A stretch of 64,000 nt of DNA from Nymphaea colorata (lineage: Eukaryota): assembly GCF_008831285.2 (NCBI RefSeq), contig NC_045138.2, forward strand, positions 5,022,001-5,086,000. The letters are read 5' to 3'. The notes beneath the pieces were generated by a model. That model saw only the letters and a list, made by a program, of their open reading frames with translations. It was not told where the DNA came from and did not search any database. Made by a program: the position numbers and the translations under genes. This document shows positions 11,858 to 26,740 of the stretch, one piece after another. The first letter of the stretch is position 1; each line of letters opens with the position of its first letter.

Positions 11858-13263
11858 AGGGAGAGTAAAAAAGAACTGCAAATATAAACCATATATTTTC
11901 AGTTTTTTCTTTACTCGTGCTACGCCTCTCCCACCATCGCCAGCGGCCCGCTTGGGCTCCACCAAAGGGAAGGTGGGTGGAACCCGGCGACTCTCCCTCC
12001 CATCTTTGGCGGGCCTGCCGAGGCTTCGTTGGCAGCATCGCTTGTCGGAGCCCCGGCGGGCTCGCCGGTGAGGAAGAAAGAAGGGGAAGAAGAAAGAAGA
12101 ATGGTAGAGAGAGAGAAAGAGAGAGAGATTTGGACTGTCCGATTGCAGATCAAACTACACAGGTTTGATGTCTCCTGTGTCCACGAAATGTCGAATCATC
12201 ATTCTGTGCAGACACACATACTGGAAGGGTCATTTCATTAGATCTCTAATTAGGCCCGTGCAAAAAGCATAACTAAAGTACCATTTGATCCGTCGATATC
12301 ATTGAATGCATTCACCATTGATGATTGATGGTTCATTGAGAACATCTGTGAAATTAGTTTTTTTTTTAATGTGAAAACATGCTTCTTAAAAAGTTGAATA
12401 ATCAACTACTAGGATTGTAACAAAATTGCGCAACACAGATATAATTTCTTTGTATGATGAAACCAATCGAATTGCTTTCAGCAGCTAAGATGTGGCTTGC
12501 ATTCAATGAACATCGTCGCCAGAATCTTTTCTATATATATGAAAAGAGATTAGATTTTATTATTCTTTTTGCGATCCAAGCATATGGATGTGATATATAG
12601 GATTCTTTTCGCAAGGACTACCATTATTCCCATATAAATCAATTTCGTTTTGGCAATTCAAACCTAAATGGCCCAAAATGCACCGAAATTTTGTAGGCTT
12701 GGATTTTTTTTTTGGGTGTAAAAAAAGGACAACTTATATTAAATGAGATGAAGACAACTTAGATTCTAAGATCCCGAGTAAACATGACCATAGAGCGGCA
12801 CGTACACATACAAGAAACAAATTTCGCCATCCATATTGATCTCAGCTTTTTAAAATGTGACTATACAGATGGATGCAAAATGACCACATTCATTTAAAAA
12901 CATAGTAAAAAACAGATGCACAGATTGAATATTGCGTCGGATCAAGATCAATTCCAAGAATGCACATGACAGTTGACACCCATTCAACCGTTGTACATAG
13001 ATCGAGAATTCTTTGTTAACCCTGAAAACTAACATGAATACATAAGAGATTTTTTTTTTTAAGAAAAGTATTTATGGCGCGTAGAAAAAGTCGTGTCATA
13101 AACAGTCATCTTTACTAACGTTTCCGTTTGAATGTCAGTAAAAGGGTGCCATCAACGTCAGTAAAGGTGTGGCCGAGTTGTGGTGTATAGGCCGTGTGGG
13201 CTTTTGCTGTCATGTTGGGCGACTTCATAAGTTTGTTTCCAGCTTATCAATAGAGAAAGGCTC

Positions 13264-13484
13264 GAGGGGCATGGCTCAAACTGGTGGGCTTGGGGGTGCG
13301 TTGAAGGCGTGCCTCCAGTTTGAAACTCAACTATGTTTCTGAGCAATCTTACTGCTTGGTCTGGACCCTGGAGACAAGGAAAAAGTGAGGCCTTTGGCTT
13401 TCACCCTGGTAGTGGATCACCCTGGTAGTGGAATAACCCTCTCGCGCACCGGAAACTTATTCAGAAAAAACAAAAAGAAAGAAG
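13264..13484 (+). mobile_element. Candidate tRNA-derived SINE
   Basis: A-box-like TGGCTCAAACTGG (13272-13284), B-box-like AGTTTGAAACTC (13317-13328), A-rich tail (13464-13484). No clean TSD. Confidence 0.5.
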
Positions 13485-13712
13485 GATTGAACAAAAAAGA
13501 AAACACATTACAAACTTATAATTAGAGGTGAATTCAAAGACATATACTGGTACAAGCACAACCAAGAAACCAAACTCAACAAGACACTAATGACCATTAC
13601 ATTTTAATGCTCTGGGAATTAATTATCACTAAACAACCAACATATTACTGCCTTTCCCAGCACATTATTGCTTTTAGACACTATGCTTAGAAAAGGGCAA
13701 CCAAATGAGAAT

Positions 13713-15380
<1,668 letters not shown>

Positions 15381-15513
15381 GATCAGCACTACTAGTCTAC
15401 TACCTCTCTCTTCAGCAGACTCTCAAGAAATGGCTACCGCACTTGCCTGAAAGCATATAAGGAGCAGAGCTAGGCACTCAACTCACAATGAAACAACATT
15501 CCAGTCATGTGGG

Positions 15514-15521
15514 TATTTATA
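15514..15521 (-). promoter_or_regulatory. TATA box of ACO
   Basis: TATAAATA on the minus strand, about 135 nt upstream of the ATG. Confidence 0.6.
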
Positions 15522-16900
15522 AACTTCCTTTGGTTCTCAATCCATATAAAAGAAATAGCAATCTTCTTGGAAAATATGGTGGCCGGCGTATTAAATTATG
15601 AAGTAAATCCAAGGTCGATGTCCTCGATTGCAGGCCACAGACAAAGTCATTCCTTTGTTTATTACTGTTTACCACCAACAGATTGCCATTTCTTCTCTCT
15701 TCTAGCAGCCAACCAGAGCCTCAATTGGCGCACTTTTATCTGTTGGATCATGCATGGCATCCCATTAGAGTTAAATGCTGGATGCATTATGTGGAGTGTC
15801 TCCAGTTCAACCCCGCGATGGTCTATGCCCCTGTAATAAGAAAGGAAGTGAGTCTCTCCATGCACGTTGAAGCATGTGGAGTTTCTAGTCTCTGGTACCC
15901 ATGCAGGCATGCAGCTTTAGATCCTGGAAGAACCTTCTGCTCATCTAATAGGAAACTTTTACCAACTCGGGTTCCCCTGATTTCTGGCTCAAGCCAGTCT
16001 TGCTCTTGGTAAATGCATTAAGGAGGGGCGGAGCCAAGAGCATGCACCTCAATTTATAAAAAAGAAAATTACTTGAAGTTTTTAAAAAAAGATATTTCGA
16101 AAAAAAATTGCAATGTTTTGCTTCTCCTCTTAAAGGATTTATAACTACGCTGTAGATAGAAGCGATTCTCTTGGAGAATGCATCCATGGTGTTTTGATCT
16201 TTCTCTTAAGAGGACTTATATCTTGTGCTCTATATAGAACCAGGAAAAAAGTTTATCATGCAAAATGACTAAAATGGTCTTATTGAAATGACCAGAATAC
16301 CCCTTTAGGCATGTGTTTCTCGAATGCATGTGACGTTTGTCGAATTCAGTGGAGATGATCCATGTGTCTCGATAACGTTGCAAATGTGCTGCATCTAGTT
16401 TGAGGTCTCTTTGTCATTTTCTACTGCATCGTATCCAAATCAGATTTCACTTTTACTTTTAATGTGTTTAGCTGTCCCTAGTCTGACCCATTTCCAACTA
16501 GTTTTCAAACTTTCCATACTTGTGAGCTTGTGGAGCATAGTATAACACTCGTTGGACAGGTGAATTGGTGGATTGGTAAAAGTTTGATAGTAAGTTCAAC
16601 ATTTATCGGTGTTCGTCCTCTCTAAATCATATACAACACTCTAGTTAACAGGTGTATCTAGTTAACAGGTGTATTGTTTTTCATCGAGGTGCCAAACCCT
16701 ACCAACAAAGAAAATTAAATAGATTTCCACCCCTTTGGGGTATCTCCTATGTACTATTGTGAACTAACATGGAATATTATTTCGCTGAACACAAAGGGTT
16801 TGGGTTAGAATTAGAACATTCATATGGGTCCATGTTACGTAACACCACATACTCTAACTGGGGTTTATACAAATGGAGATTAGCAGTTAACAGATCTAGA

Positions 16901-17088
16901 TAAGGGTGGAGCCAAGGTAGGGCCTGCTTGGGCCATGGCCCCACCTCAACTTTTTTTAATTAACATGTAAATTTTAAAAAATTTCACTTGTTTTACATAA
17001 AAATTTTGAAAAATAATATTTCAGCCCTAGTCAAAATTTAGAAACTTTAATTCGTCCCCTTCAAGAAAAATTTTTTGCTCTGCCCCTC
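16901..17088. mobile_element. hAT-type MITE, CAGGGGCGGAGCC TIR family
   Basis: Degenerate TIRs (TAAGGGTGGAGCC / TGCTCTGCCCCTC) flanked by a perfect 8-bp TSD, GATCTAGA. Confidence 0.85.
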
Positions 17089-18140
17089 GATCTAGATGCA
17101 ATTGTAGTTTAACCTAAGGCATTGTTTCACACATAAAATGAGGCACTAAATGTTTGTTCATGATACCAACCAGCTTTTCGATTTGGATGTTGAACACCAA
17201 GCTGCACCTGACTATCGAACCTAGAATCGGATCACATTAGGTTCTAAGTTCTAACCCTTGATCATTGTATGACCATAGTCATAAATTTCGTTTTTGGTGA
17301 CCAAAAAAATCAGCCTTCCATTATTTGGAAAAATAAGATGCTATGACTTAAACGCCTGCCAACATGAATAATAGTATCAAGCCAATGAAATGTTCAAGTG
17401 GGTTCGGAGCAGGGGCTTGTAAGCAGTTAGTTTCTGTTTTAAACTCATGTATCATCAATTACCTATGTTTCAAAAGTGGGCGCCGATATGCAAGCTGAAG
17501 TATAATCGAGGCATGAAAAAGGAGTTGTGAATTCTTAAAGGGAGAGAGGAGCAGCCCTCACTCGAGATTTCTTTTCGAAAATAACAAGCTAATGAAATTA
17601 CCAATGCTTTGAAGGGAAAAAAATGCCTCGAAAAATACGATTTCATTTGCATCTGAATTCGAGACCAGACCCGAAACAGAGCGTATGGGAATCGGAGCAC
17701 CATGTGTCTCGACTAGTAGCACAAGATTAGGATTTCGTGTTGGGAAACAAACAGAAACATGGCCGTGGGATGAGCATAAAGACTTAGGCTTTCATTATGA
17801 ATTGCATTTAAGAAAAATATCGTCTCTGGAGTTGTGTTCCTCGGTGACCAGTGTCACCTCATATTTCAAATGTCAACTCTTAAGAAGAAAAAAAAAAGAA
17901 GGAAAGAACTCTTATTTCTCTTTGTTTTCTGCTCATCTTCCACTCAAGCAGTAAAAAATTAGACATTAGATAAGCCAAGCACCACAAGAATCACCTGTCT
18001 TCACATATAGGGAGACATGTTATATTTTTGTATGTGAATATCTACTATGCCCATGGCTGAGTCCATACACATGAAGTTGCATGGTCTATAATATAAGGGA
18101 GTTCATTTTCAGACGATGGAAGGATAATTTTTAAAATTGT

Positions 18141-18182
<42 letters not shown>

Positions 18183-18423
18183 GAAGAAGAGGGGTTCAAG
18201 AACCGGCTCATTTGTCCTCCATAATAGTACTTCTAATTCAAATATCAATATTTCTCAACACGATCAGGATAGCACCCTCCATGTTAGAATCAATAATTTT
18301 GTTGTTAATAAAGTAAGTGTGCTATGATGTAGGTTTGAGAGAAGAAGCTAGAAATAGATGTCCAAGTGGTTCGACTTAAGGCATGGCGTGTGACTCTAAT
18401 TTCACCTAGGGTTGGAGCCTCGG

Positions 18424-18612
18424 CAGGACAGAGCCAAGGGGGCCCTGCATGGGCCATAGCCCACCTCAAAATTTAAAAAAAAATTTATATCTAAATTTTA
18501 GAAAATTTTACTTGTCCTATATAAAAATTTTGAAAAAGATATTTCGGCCCATGTCAAAATTTAGAAACTTTTATTCGGCCCCCCTCATGAAAAATTTCTA
18601 GCTCCGTCCCTG
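18424..18612. mobile_element. hAT-type MITE, same family as 16901-17088
   Basis: Collinear internal sequence (GGGCCAT.GCC..ACCTCAA...GTCAAAATTTAGAAACTTT...GAAAAATT). TIR CAGGACAGAGCC / AGCTCCGTCCCTG. Partial TSD AGCCT. Confidence 0.8.
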
Positions 18613-19324
18613 AGCCTGAAGGAGCCGGCAGGGGAACCTTTATGAGATTTTGAAGAAAACCAAAAGTATGATATAACTTTAAAAATTTTTAATGTGTATT
18701 GGAGAGCTTTAAATTGCTAAACTCAATTCAGGAGTTCCATGAGTCAAAGCTGTGAACCTTTAACGATTGAGTGAATGCCAGATTTAATGGCAGAAGTTTG
18801 GATGAACAGAATATAGTGGAATATGCAATATATATACCATTGTATAGAGTCTTAATAAATTGAATTCGATTCAGATATACTCTTTTACCATATTCATCGT
18901 TTTATCGGATGTCCACAAATTGGAATTCAGATTTAGATTTGAATACAATGACGAAAAGTCTAATACCACATCTGGATTTGAATAGGAATTCACAATCCAA
19001 ATTTGATTTTTAAATTCTCTTTTAAACTGAATCTGAACCGCATTATGGTATGTTTAAGAACTAAGTTTCACAACAGATTTTGAGATATTGGATATTTATT
19101 TTAAAATAAGTCCAAATTTGAATCTGATTAAACATACGAATCTAAATTCCAGTTCAAATATGATCGGATGTCATTTCTTGAATCCGAATTCCATATGATT
19201 TCTTAATCTGTTGTTGATCTTTTTTTCAAGTCTAACTTTTTTTTCTAAAAGTTTGGTCATATAATCCAATCCAAATCAGATTTATTGACATTTCTACCAT
19301 CAATGAACTTGGTAATAAGGGTGC

Positions 19325-19325
<1 letters not shown>

Positions 19326-19406
<81 letters not shown>
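19326..19406. repeat. (TA)n microsatellite, about 40 units
   Basis: Seen directly. Confidence 0.97.
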
Positions 19407-19409
<3 letters not shown>

Positions 19410-20573
19410 ACCATGCATTATGATATATTATGATCTATGATTATAAGTAATATATCATAGATCTGTATTTGGTATCCTACGGTAACATAGTGGCATTCAC
19501 CAGCAAATTTACAAACATAAAGGCCGATTTCAGAATTAGCGGCAAAACGTTAGCCTCTATTTTGGAATTCCAGAAAAGGAAAAGACAAAGTTGAAATGGG
19601 CTTCTTTCTTCCCATTTAAATATGAAAGACATTCAAGCTTCTTGGTTGCTTCTTCTCTTTGCCATCTTCCTTGTATCTTTCCAAGGTTCATGCATTCTGA
19701 TTTCTTTATATTGAGGCGGTTGTCCAGTATCGAACTTGGTATCTCTTTTTCTATTCATTTTTATTTTTCATTTTTTTTGTCCGCAGTGCAGATCTTGGAA
19801 GATATCACGAAGTTGGAGAATGAAATACTTTTTCTTGTTTTAGGTATGATTGGTTCTCAACTGCGGTTGATCTTTTTGGTTAGAGTAGAGAGGAATGTAA
19901 GGACGAATGTGCTGGAACTTCTTGGAAGGTGGTAGCGGAAATTCCTTCAAAACAAACAATATTCTAGATAATGTTATAATAAGAATACTGAGTATGATCC
20001 ATAATATAATAATAGTAGATGTAACGTTATATGGCTAGTGAAATGTCAGTTCAAACATATTCAGGTTGGGGGTGTTCAATGTCACAAATATCGCCATTTT
20101 TCAAAAAAAAAAAAAAAACAAAAGAAAAAATGTAAAGATTTTTTATATTGATTTTACCATTTTGAGAAATTATAGAAGATCCTTTATTTATTTATTTATT
20201 TTTTTGGTTTTTTCAAAATTCTCAATTAATACGCAAGAAATACTTAGCTCATGAAAATCCAAAAGCAATATATATGATAATGTTGCTGTGATGCAGCCAA
20301 TTGTACTATGCTTACATTAAAAATTAAATTCTTTGATGCTATGTGACACGGCATGGCCCATTGAGATTTGTCATTTTATGGGATTACGTCTTGTTCTTTA
20401 TTCGAAAGACGAGCCTTTCTGAACTTATCACTCACACACTTTTGAGGAGAAAGTTATGTGTTAACTTTGTGGACAAGCTGGGAAAACTCCCGCTGCAAAT
20501 GCAACTGTATGTAGCATAGATCCAAAAATTCGAAATAAAAGACTAGCCACCTATCAACCCCATCCGTTGCAGT

Positions 20574-20966
20574 TAAGGATGTTAATGGATCAGATATATT
20601 TTCAATCATATCCGCTTTTTCAGAGATTCATATATTTGGATTTGAATTCGAATTCGAATTGGAACTCGAATAAAGAAAAGTCATATCAGAATCTAAAACA
20701 AAATTTTGAACCAGATTTTGCCAATTTTCAAAATTTAATAGCATTAGATATATGATATTTATCTAAAAAGGAATCCGATCAGACATTTATGTGCATCTGA
20801 ATCTGATTGGATGCCAATTATTAAATCCAAATCTGATCTGATTTCTTAATCGGATATTAAAATTTTTAGTAAACACGTTTTTATCATAAAGTCAGTCCAT
20901 ATAGTGTCCTTGTTCGAATCGGTTCAGTCAGATATGTGATTCAAATCGAATATATTAACATCCCTG
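20574..20966. mobile_element. hAT-type MITE, TAGGGATG TIR family (ATCCGA/TCGGAT-rich)
   Basis: TAAGGATGTTAAT...ATTAACATCCCTG. TSD GTTGCAGT/GTTGTAGT. Confidence 0.8.
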
Positions 20967-21959
20967 GTTGTAGTCAACTGGTTAAGGGACAAGTTATATG
21001 TTAACTTGAAAAGAAGAGTGCCCATTGTCATTCAGGGACAAGTTATATTGTTAAATCCTTGGTTACAGTACTTTCTTAAAATCTTGGGATAATATGAAAA
21101 AAATCCCAAAAATACCATTAAAGGGTCATTCTAAGTTAATTTGTTTTCAACTTTTTCTCATCTATATCCAATAATATCAATACGTCATGAATTATATCCA
21201 AGTAACATGTCCTTTATTAATATTTAAAATAATTACCATGATGGTTTCTATTAATAAGCCTTGGTGTTTCATTCCTTATCAAGACGGATACAACCCCACA
21301 TCAGCCAACATATTAATGCCAAATTAATAGAAATAATTAAAAAATTAAGGCCTATGCAGATTGATATAGGCTAGCTGATACGCATCAATGATACACATTG
21401 GCTTTCAAGGTTCCCAATGAGAGAGGGAAAACAATTGGATTTACAAAGTTGGTCCTAACAGATGATGATCGGTCAGAAGTCCGAATCATATTGATTTGAG
21501 TTCAGACTTTTTTAAGCCATGCTCTAAAATTCAATTTGTTTTGTGAATAAGATAGAGCAAAATTGGATTCAAATTTTATGAGATAGCGGTAGATCCACAA
21601 ACGAAGCTGGGAGGCCAATCTTTTTGTGCGTACATATAATTATAAAATTCGATTTTCACATTCAAACATAATTTGAGAAAGTCGGACCATTTGGAAACCG
21701 AAAAATCTTAAGTCTGGAGGAGTGCAGATCCAGATCCATGACATTTCAATACTATTCCAGATTCCAGACCCAACTTAGAGCGGAATCCTCTCAAAACCAA
21801 ATCCATGCTCCCATGCTTGTTTATTCAATTAGCCCAGTGAATGTCCAAGAGGGCAGAGCCAGGGGACAGGAGGGACCATGGCTGATGGGCCCCCCTAGAT
21901 ATTTTGCCAAAAAAAATAAATTACTGGTAAATATGTTGAAAATTTTCAATTTGTTAATG

Positions 21960-22080
21960 GAAAACTTTTAGCGCTCAGTGTTATTACTGGGAATGATGAG
22001 TAAAATGATGGTTATGGTGAGCTTGTTTTAGATGTCTGGCTATTTATTTTTTGTATTCTAAAAACAAAAAGAGAGAGAGA
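21960..22080 (+). repeat. Dispersed repeat shared with 28421-28532
   Basis: AAAACTT.TAGCGCTCAGTGTTAT...GTAAAATGATGGT...GTGAGCTTGTTTTA...TTTATTTTTTGTATTCTAAAAACAAA occurs at both sites. Confidence 0.8.
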
Positions 22081-22302
22081 CAAGAACATCTATAAGGACT
22101 CATAGCACCTTCCAATATTTGAACTACCAACATAGCTACAATATAACATCCAACCTAACCGGGTGCACTACTTATCACGAAAAGGGGTTAAAGTGCATGA
22201 CCACGTTAGGGTAAGACATGATGAGGCTATGTGACATGACCCATAAGAACAAAAAGATGGACCATATTTTTCACATGTAAATGTGTCTTTTACTCAAAAT
22301 GT

Positions 22303-22305
22303 AAT

Positions 22306-22377
<72 letters not shown>
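22303..22377. repeat. Compound (CA)n(TA)n microsatellite
   Basis: Seen directly. Confidence 0.95.
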
Positions 22378-25300
22378 CAAAAAAGATCGCTTTCAAGCAA
22401 CAATTAGCGATCTTGATAGCCAAACCCATATAAAGTTTTCCAACCTCAACTAAGTCCACCAACACGAACCCGGTGACTGCTAGACATAGTAGGCCACCAC
22501 ATACCCGACTACGTGCCATGAACTTGGTAGAAATGGACTGGCCAACTGAGTTACCTAGATTAATCAAGACCATCACTAGGTCCGAGCTAAGTTGAGTCTT
22601 GAGCCAAAACCAACTCCATTAAGTGTTTAATTTCAATTAACATATCATTAATCTCTACTTTATCAAATTCATTGCCTAATATCGCACTTAGGCTAAACTA
22701 ATTGGCATTTGAAGTTATTTTGCATCAAGTTGGCTTGCATCGGCATAAGTTTATAGGAGTACGCAATTAAGAGTGGCGCACACACTTGATTTGACTGAAC
22801 GAGTATGAAATTTGCTTAGTTTGTTCAAGTCAAGGCATCAATGCAAGAGGATCTTATTTTTATTTATAGCACTCAACATGCCAGTCAATTTTTGAACACA
22901 AAGGCAGTCGAATTCCATGTATTCTGATTTGAAAATTCAAAAAACATTATTAGGCTTCTCCAGGTAGGTTAGGTCACAATAATAAAAGATAAAGTGCTTC
23001 ATTGTTTCTACTTTGTGTACTACGTGCATGTTGTTTGTCTTATGAACAAAAACCTCTCTGTTTGACAATAAGTGAAGCCCTTTATGGAGCATTTGGTAAC
23101 CTCGGATTTGAGATCACTAGAATCTCATATTCATGAATTTAAGGACAGATCTCATTTCATTCAACCTCAAATCTGATGTTTTTGCCATAAGTGCTTGGGA
23201 AACAAATCCTCTTTTTTCACAGTAGTAAATCCAATGTTTGTTTTCATTGTGCATCCCAAGTAAAAGGGATCTTAGCCAGATCAGCTTTGGAATTGAAATA
23301 TGAGGTTAATTGTCAAACATACTCTTAGTGGTTGAAGATGAAAGACGTGAACCAAATGAACTAGCTGCTAGATATGTACAAAATATCGAACGATGCATGT
23401 TTGGAGGTTGGCATACACTTGGACAGAGTTTGAGTTTGGATTTTGGGCTTGGCTCGAGGCAGTGGGCTGTTGGCTGCTTTAATTTTCATTGAACTTTCTT
23501 TAATTGTTTAAGCAAATTGAACCTTTAATGGGTTCCTTGCATTGTATTGGTAATATGCATTGATGAAACCAATCTAAAGCTTTACTACTTTGTGAAGAGC
23601 AAATCTAAAGTAGAATAATATCTTCTTTACTCAAACTGGTTGGACGTTTCTGTGGTGTCTTGTTCTTTGATTGCTCTTTTGAAAGAATACCTTTAGTGAA
23701 TTCCATATGTGTCGTTTCCCTTAAAATAGAGGTTTATACCATGTGTGAATTTCTATTCCCATAAATTGATCGTTTTCCAGCTGATTCAAATCAACAATTT
23801 TGAATATATGATGTGATTCTCAAATCTCTTAAATAAATAATTTTAAATCCTTCTTAGTAATCAAATATCTATATTTGAAGTTTAAAATATCAAATATGAT
23901 CTCTTAGATTTTTCAAGTATGTCTTGGAGGTGAAAATGGAGAGTGTTATGCAAATGATTTTGCGTTATAAAAGAAACTTTCTCAATAAAAGAAACACTAT
24001 ATTGTTAAAGATAATGTGGCGACTTATAAGAGAATAGCATCAATAAAAGCAAAGATGTAATAAAAATAATAATTACATTGTTATCAACGAGCATCGTCAT
24101 CCACCTAAATTTACAAAAAAAAAAAAATCAAGTTTCTTAACCTTATTGTCCACTAAGGGTATAAATATCAAATCTAACAATATTGATGTTAGGTAAAGCA
24201 ACTAACATTTTTGCTCAACAAAAAAAAGTTATTATTGTCGATGATAATTTTACAACCTATAAGGAAATGATATCTATAAAAATAAAGAAACCAACAAAAA
24301 TAATAATTACATCGCTATCAACAAAGAAATTCGGCGATACATAGTTGTAATAAAAATCAAAGATATGACTAGTGATTATTGGAAAAAGAGAGTATAAATA
24401 TCAAATCAAACATTGATCCTTAAGGCTAATGTTGGCATTCTATGGTGGAAAACCATGTTAAATCTCATGCTTTCGTTACAAGACCTCACCCAACTTTTCT
24501 TGAGGCAGTCCTCTACTTGGAGTGAAGGACCTTTCTCTCTTTTTCTCTTTGGCTATCCAACTGAAAGATTACCTCCAAGCTGGGTTATCCTTTCTTCTTC
24601 CTTTTTATAGTGGAGGTCCTGGAGTTACGCATCTAGTAGTTTATAAGGGCATCTTAATCATTGATACCGGAGGTATTCCTGCTCTCAGATATTGTGCACC
24701 ACTTGTTTTTTGAATTGCACTCATTGCAGTTCTTTGAAAAACTGGATGATTTTTTTTTGGTATCATCTTATACTCTGGTTTTTAGAGTCACCGTAGCACA
24801 TGAAACTGTTTAGAGTTCAGCGACAGTCGCAATACTCTGCATTTGCAAATCTTTCTCTTTCTTTTACCTTGTTAAGCACACAAGTGCTGCATATGCTAAG
24901 AGGGGTGAAGCGTGGGAGGGAGGAGCATATGCGACGCTGTTGGATTTTGTTGCACAACAGATGTTTTCTTAATATATACTTTTGTTTCTGAAAATTCTAG
25001 TTGACGGATTTATCCTTAGAGATCACCTTTTCAATAGATAATACAGTAACTTCGACTCGTCCTTACAAAATTATGAGAGCCTCAACGAATCAAAGCAAGA
25101 TTTAGTCACTGAATAACACTTCAATTTTTATATGCCTCCTTAACCTTAAAACATCGGGATGGTATGTGGCAGCTTGACTTTCAGGTGAAGTTGAAAGTGA
25201 TCCATATCTGGCTTAGTGCCTTTTAAAATTTTAAGAATTTGTTGTTAAAAAATAATTATCAGATATCTATTGCCCATGATTTATGATGCAGTGACCGTTT

Positions 25301-25658
25301 ATAGTGATTTTAATAATGATTTATTTAAAATTTTATCCATCCGGCAGCTACATCCCATACAACCACCTCCAACGCCAGTCTACTTCCAGGCGTCCATTGT
25401 GATTGTGATCTACAGTGTGCCTTGCATCTTGTTTGCATGGATCATGAAGCGCTAGTCTCACGCCTGTACTATAAACATTCTGTTCCTACTCTTATGTGTT
25501 CTACCACTCAATGGCTTCAATTTTGGCGTCATTAGGTTTTTTTAATCATGCAACAACAATATGACATAGGTCCAGATGCTAAAAGAAAGTAAATTAACAG
25601 GCTGCTCCTGGTGAAAATAGCGGTTGAATTTCTGCTTTGATTGACAAAAAATGGTCAG

Positions 25659-25751
25659 GTCAAAATCGAGTGCATAGTGGCAAGTGGAGATGCAAGGGAC
25701 GTGATTTGTGAAACAGTGGACAAGCTTGGTGCTGAGATCTTGATCACGGGT
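25659..25751 (+). pseudogene. Orphan exon fragment of a universal stress protein A-like (USP) gene
   Basis: Translates VKIECIVASGDARDVICETVDKLGAEILITG, matching the plant USP segment GDARDVIC..V.K.GAD.L.MG. It breaks before the SHG.G motif, and no other convincing USP exons were found. Confidence 0.7.
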
Positions 25752-26740
25752 GAAAAGAAAAGGGCTTGTTCAGTTCAAACTGCCTTTTTTGAAGTGAATT
25801 AGTCTTCCCCCCTTGCTCCTGTGCTGCCTCTGCTGTGTGAGAGGTCTTGCTGCAACTCTTCCTTCAGTAGCGGAGCTACATCCCAATGAAGATGTGTGTT
25901 AAAAGAAGCTTCACGCCCCGTTGCTGCTAGTGCACCAATCCAACTCCAGGCAAAACCGTCGGAAACATTGTGTTTCCCTGACCTGCGCCCAACCATTCAC
26001 CATAAAGGGGAAGAAAGGGGAAGGGGTTCCAGGTCATATAGGTTCTTAGCCCAATCTATGCATCTTGCACGCTCTTTCGTTTGGCTGCCGCAGCACTTCT
26101 CCACAGCTCCAGCATCAGCAAGTTTGCTTGGATCTTCTCCCTAGCTCCGGCAGGAGCAGACCCAGGTCTGCTCCTCCCTTCGGCCTTCTCCCCTCCACAG
26201 CAGGTTGGCTCTTCCGCTTCTCCCCTCCACATCTTTCAGCCCTGCAGCAATTTTGGGTGTTCTGTTTTGGGCATTTAATGTCTATTTGTTTGATTTATTT
26301 TGTATTTTGTCTACATCTCGCCCTAAATAAGATAGATAATTCCCCCTCAACTGAAAATGTGCACTCTGTCTCTCTGAGGTGGATGACGCCGGAAGCAGAG
26401 TTTCTCCACTTCACTTGTTCTCTCTCATTTGTGTGCTATTTAAATTCCATATTATTGGCATTTTTTTATTTGTTGTTGCCTTTGCTCTTGTTTTCTGAGG
26501 TGGGATTGAAGTTGAACACTACATGGTTTTTGTTGTTTTCATTGTTGTTTTTGCTTCTGTTCGTATGGAAACCAAGAAACCAAGGGATGAGCTTTAGCCT
26601 TTAAGATTAAAGTTGTACAAGAAAATGCTTAATGAAGATTTCTTTTACTAATGAAGGATTACAAAGTTGGTTGGAAATGGCCTTCAAGATGATCAGGCAA
26701 AGAGACAAATGTTGGATGTATACGAGTGTGGGCAGAAATG

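Noticed and set aside
23310..23492. ORF MSNILLVVEDERREPNELAARY as the first exon of the USP fragment
   Set aside because: It has no ATG start (TTG), lacks the USP AVD.S..S..AL.W motif, and has no fitting splice path.
25799..26000. Possible LINE RNase H C-terminal remnant on the minus strand (…HNVSDGFA…HWDVAPLLKEELQQD)
   Set aside because: The similarity is weak and needs a frameshift. It cannot be supported without a profile search.
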